Of a DNA stretch of 64,000 nt, positions 61,435-64,000 are shown piece after piece. The stretch is from an uncultured Candidatus Saccharibacteria bacterium. GTDB taxonomy: Bacteria; Patescibacteriota; Saccharimonadia; Saccharimonadales; JACDBH01. The stretch is taken from positions 67,075-131,074 of the forward strand of contig CAZXYN010000002.1 in NCBI GenBank assembly GCA_964644965.1. Direction: 5' to 3'. The first letter of the stretch is position 1. Each line of letters opens with the position of its first letter. Below the pieces are notes generated by a model that was not told the origin of the DNA, ran no database searches, and worked only from the letters and a program-made list of their open reading frames with translations. The translations under genes and the position numbers were made by a program.

Positions 61435-62140
61435 GGATTCTTCGTCGGAAGCAAAGTCTCGAACTCCCCAGCATGCTGGGGATACGCATGTTTCGCGGCC
61501 TCATACTGTGCCGCGGGCTGAAAAGGCTGCTGTAGCAGCTGAGTCAGCTCCTGTGGCACCTAAACCATCTGGTGAGCTGGTGCTACCGCTGAGTGTTGTG
61601 TCGCGTAGCGATATCTCGCGTTCACTACGTGAAGTTGTTGCGCTTGATGATTATTTTCATCAAGCATCTGTTCGCGGCAGCAAGGACCAAGCGCTGCCGA
61701 CTGTCAGCCGAGTGCTAGACAGTATGGCGACCGCCAATGGCTTGAATCTGTTACAACCGCAGGACAGAACTCGTATCAAAGAGTTCTTAACTAGACTCAA
61801 AGCCAACGCACCAGTGGTGCATATGAGTTTCCCGTCAGAAGCCAGCGGGCCTTTTTTGGCCAAGATTCTCGAATGGTTCCGACGTGAGGCTCATCCGCAC
61901 ACCGTATTGCACATTGGCTTGCAGCCAGAACTGGCAGCCGGCTGCCTTGTCCGTACTACCAACAAAGCCTTTGATTTTAGCTTCCGCAAGCGATTCGAAC
62001 AGAGCAAACAAAAGCTCATCGCTGCACTAGAGCAAGCTGGCAAAGAAGTTGCCGAAGCAGCAACCCCTCCCGCTACAGTTACACCTGCTCAGCCTGTTGA
62101 AGCGGCTATAGCTACGGCGCCAGAAGGAACTGCCTCATGA
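61424..62140 (+). CDS. atpH: ATP synthase delta (OSCP)-like protein with a Pro/Ala-rich N-terminal extension
   Basis: ORF track 61355..62140; I prefer GTG 61424 (GGAGGA about 9 nt upstream, overlapping the upstream stop). C-terminal ...HIGLQPELAAGCLVRTTNKAFDFSFRKRFEQ resembles the delta C-terminus (GG..V..G....D.S). It overlaps atpA by 4 nt. Confidence 0.5.
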   Translation: MAPKDSSSEAKSRTPQHAGDTHVSRPHTVPRAEKAAVAAESAPVAPKPSGELVLPLSVVSRSDISRSLREVVALDDYFHQASVRGSKDQALPTVSRVLDSMATANGLNLLQPQDRTRIKEFLTRLKANAPVVHMSFPSEASGPFLAKILEWFRREAHPHTVLHIGLQPELAAGCLVRTTNKAFDFSFRKRFEQSKQKLIAALEQAGKEVAEAATPPATVTPAQPVEAAIATAPEGTAS

Positions 62141-63750
62141 GTAGCGAAGGCAGCTCACTACACTTCCAAAAGCTTGTCGAACAGGGCAAGCCTGTTGGCG
62201 AAGTGGTCGGTGTTGACCAATTTATCGTCATGGTCAAAGGCTTGCACCCAGCCAATGCTCACGCCCTAGTGATGTTCGAGGACGGTAGCAAGGGCTTCAT
62301 CAATCATGTTCTAGAAGATTATGTGCTTGTACTTCATCTTGGTACAGACCGGCTAAAGGTTGGTATGGTGGCTGTGACACAACACGATAAATTGGTATCA
62401 AAGGTTGGCAAGGATTTTGTTGGCCGAGTTGTGAATGTCATGGGTGAGCCACTTGACGGCAAGGGCCCAATTGCACCAGATGATACCTGGCCGGTATTTA
62501 ATCCTGCACCACCAATCTTTGAGCGAGAATTGCTCGATTTGCAGCTAGAAACAGGCGTTACATCTGTAGATGGACTATTCCCAATCGTGCGCGGGCAGCG
62601 TCTGGCAATCCTGGGCGACAACAAAACCGGCAAAACCGCTCTGACCACCCAGATTACGATTAATCAAAAGAACACCGATATTATCACCGTTTATGTACTG
62701 ATTGGTAAACGCCGGTCTGACATTGATGAACTCCTTACGCGCCTGAACGATACTGACTCGCTCAAGAACACTATTGTGATTGTATCGACACTGTTCGAGT
62801 CGCTGATTATGACTTATCTAGCGCCATACGTTGGCTGTGCTATGGCTGAATATCTGTGGCAGGCTTGTGATCAGGAAACGATGATTATCTATGACGATTT
62901 AACCTCGCACGCCCAGGCCTACCGCGAAGTTGCCTTGCTGTCGAATGTTAGCCCAGGACGTGATTCGTACCCTGGTGATATGTTCTTTGCGCACTCTAGC
63001 CTACTGGAGCGCGCTGGCAAGCTCAAGCGCAACAACAAGACGCTGACCAGCCTGCCAATTGTACTAACGCCAAACAATGACATTACGGCTTACCTGCCGA
63101 CCAACATTATGTCGATTACTGATGGACAGTGGATCATGGATCTTCAGGTGTTTCTATCTGGAAATCGCCCAGCTCTGTCGACTGGTCTTAGTGTGACACG
63201 TGTTGGCGGTGTTGGTCAGAACAAGCGCCAAAAAGGCCATACCGTTGCCGCTATGAAAGCTCTAGCAACCTACCGTCAGGCCGAGGAATACGCTCACTTT
63301 GGTTCTGAACTTGCTCTCAGCGCCCATAAGGATTTGGCGCGTGGCAAGAGCATTCTCGAGCTGTTTAACCAGCCGCCGACTGTAACCTATAGTTTCCTAG
63401 AACAGCAGCTAATGTTCGATATTGTGCTAAATCTAGACGACACAGCGCTGCTGGATGTCAAGAAAATGAAAGCCAGCGTCAAAGAAATGGCAAAGCAAGT
63501 CACTGGTGATGAGAACTTTGACCAAATCCGTGATCAGCTGCAAGCGCAGTGTATGCTAGAACAAACAGCCCCAGCCACCAAGGCGCCTGGTGGTCCATCT
63601 GAGCTATCAGCTGCTGGAGTAGAAGATACCAAGGACAAGTCAGTCGAGGATTCCAAAGAAGAACCAGCCAAAGAAATTGACGTCGACAAAGACGGCAAAA
63701 TGACCGATGTTAAGCAGGACGAAAAAGAAACTGCCGAGGCGAAAAAGTAA
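62137..63750 (+). CDS. atpA: F-type ATP synthase alpha subunit with an acidic/lysine-rich C-terminal tail
   Basis: ORF track, 537 aa. P-loop GDNKTGKT, YDDLTSHAQAYREV, PGDMFFAHSSLLERA, ITDGQ. About 60 extra residues at the C-terminus (…EDTKDKSVEDSKEEPAKEIDVDKDGK…). Confidence 0.9.
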   Translation: MSSEGSSLHFQKLVEQGKPVGEVVGVDQFIVMVKGLHPANAHALVMFEDGSKGFINHVLEDYVLVLHLGTDRLKVGMVAVTQHDKLVSKVGKDFVGRVVNVMGEPLDGKGPIAPDDTWPVFNPAPPIFERELLDLQLETGVTSVDGLFPIVRGQRLAILGDNKTGKTALTTQITINQKNTDIITVYVLIGKRRSDIDELLTRLNDTDSLKNTIVIVSTLFESLIMTYLAPYVGCAMAEYLWQACDQETMIIYDDLTSHAQAYREVALLSNVSPGRDSYPGDMFFAHSSLLERAGKLKRNNKTLTSLPIVLTPNNDITAYLPTNIMSITDGQWIMDLQVFLSGNRPALSTGLSVTRVGGVGQNKRQKGHTVAAMKALATYRQAEEYAHFGSELALSAHKDLARGKSILELFNQPPTVTYSFLEQQLMFDIVLNLDDTALLDVKKMKASVKEMAKQVTGDENFDQIRDQLQAQCMLEQTAPATKAPGGPSELSAAGVEDTKDKSVEDSKEEPAKEIDVDKDGKMTDVKQDEKETAEAKK

Positions 63751-64000
63751 TGCGTAGACCACAAGAAATCCAAAAAGACGTCGACACTATGGCCACCATG
63801 GTCAATCTAACAAGTGTGTTCGAGAGTCTAGCCAGTATGCGCATCTCACAGATCAAGGGCAAAGTGCAGCAGTCCGAGCTGTTCTTTGGCGAACTGTGGA
63901 ATATTTATCGTCAAATTCGGCTTGATTCGACCTTCCGATTCGGCCGTGAAGAACATGCTAAGGCTGACAAGCAAGAGCTGCGTATTTTGATTACCGCTGA
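63750..64000 (+). CDS. atpG: F-type ATP synthase gamma subunit, N-terminal part (runs off the window end)
   Basis: The ATG overlaps the atpA stop (TAATG). My translation is MRRPQEIQKDVDTMATMVNLTSVFESLASMRISQIKGKVQQSELFFGELW..., the usual gamma N-terminal helix pattern. Confidence 0.7.
   Translation, partial: MRRPQEIQKDVDTMATMVNLTSVFESLASMRISQIKGKVQQSELFFGELWNIYRQIRLDSTFRFGREEHAKADKQELRILITA

Overview
This is a dense bacterial chromosome segment. My hand counts of a few lines give about 43-45% GC. Genes are mostly small and tightly packed, and many encode short membrane or secreted proteins of unknown function. The gene content resembles a reduced-genome, Gram-positive-like CPR/Patescibacteria lineage such as Saccharibacteria; that placement is inference only.

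Housekeeping genes I can support:
- Cell wall: murA (fused to an HTH domain), murB, murD, murI.
- Folate/C1: glyA, folC, folA, folD.
- Lower glycolysis: pyk, pgk, tpiA.
- Others: pcrA/uvrD, metG, tatD, rsmA, a cysteine desulfurase, mgtE, a GH37 trehalase, and the start of an F-type ATPase operon (b-like, delta-like, atpA, atpG).
- RNA genes: seven tRNAs (Pro, His, Arg-TCT, Gly, Arg-TCG, Lys, Glu) and a tmRNA.

Four signals are not explained by ordinary annotation:
1. Six of the seven tRNA genes carry a 125-185 nt structured element. It is bounded by a copy of that tRNA's own T-loop-to-CCA end (for tRNA-Gly, a copy of its 5' part). Each element sits between two intrinsic terminators, and the elements share internal motifs and hairpins that differ by paired changes on both strands of the stem.
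2. Three tRNA units (Pro, His, Arg-TCT) share a conserved ~150 nt structured leader.
3. A ~2.2 kb block at about 36.9-39.1 kb is sharply GC-rich with GC-rich third codon positions. It encodes a coiled-coil membrane protein and a Pro/Thr-rich secreted protein, and it lies behind a native-looking AT-rich promoter and a long structured leader.
4. A decayed islet next to tRNA-Pro contains an excisionase-like remnant, three membrane proteins and a NADAR protein.

Smaller observations include palindromic intergenic repeats in the glycolytic operon, a Met-rich mini-ORF in front of metG, and a YcnI copper cluster.

Coordinates of RNA and repeat features were hand-counted. I anchored them to the ORF track where I could; treat them as +/-2 nt.
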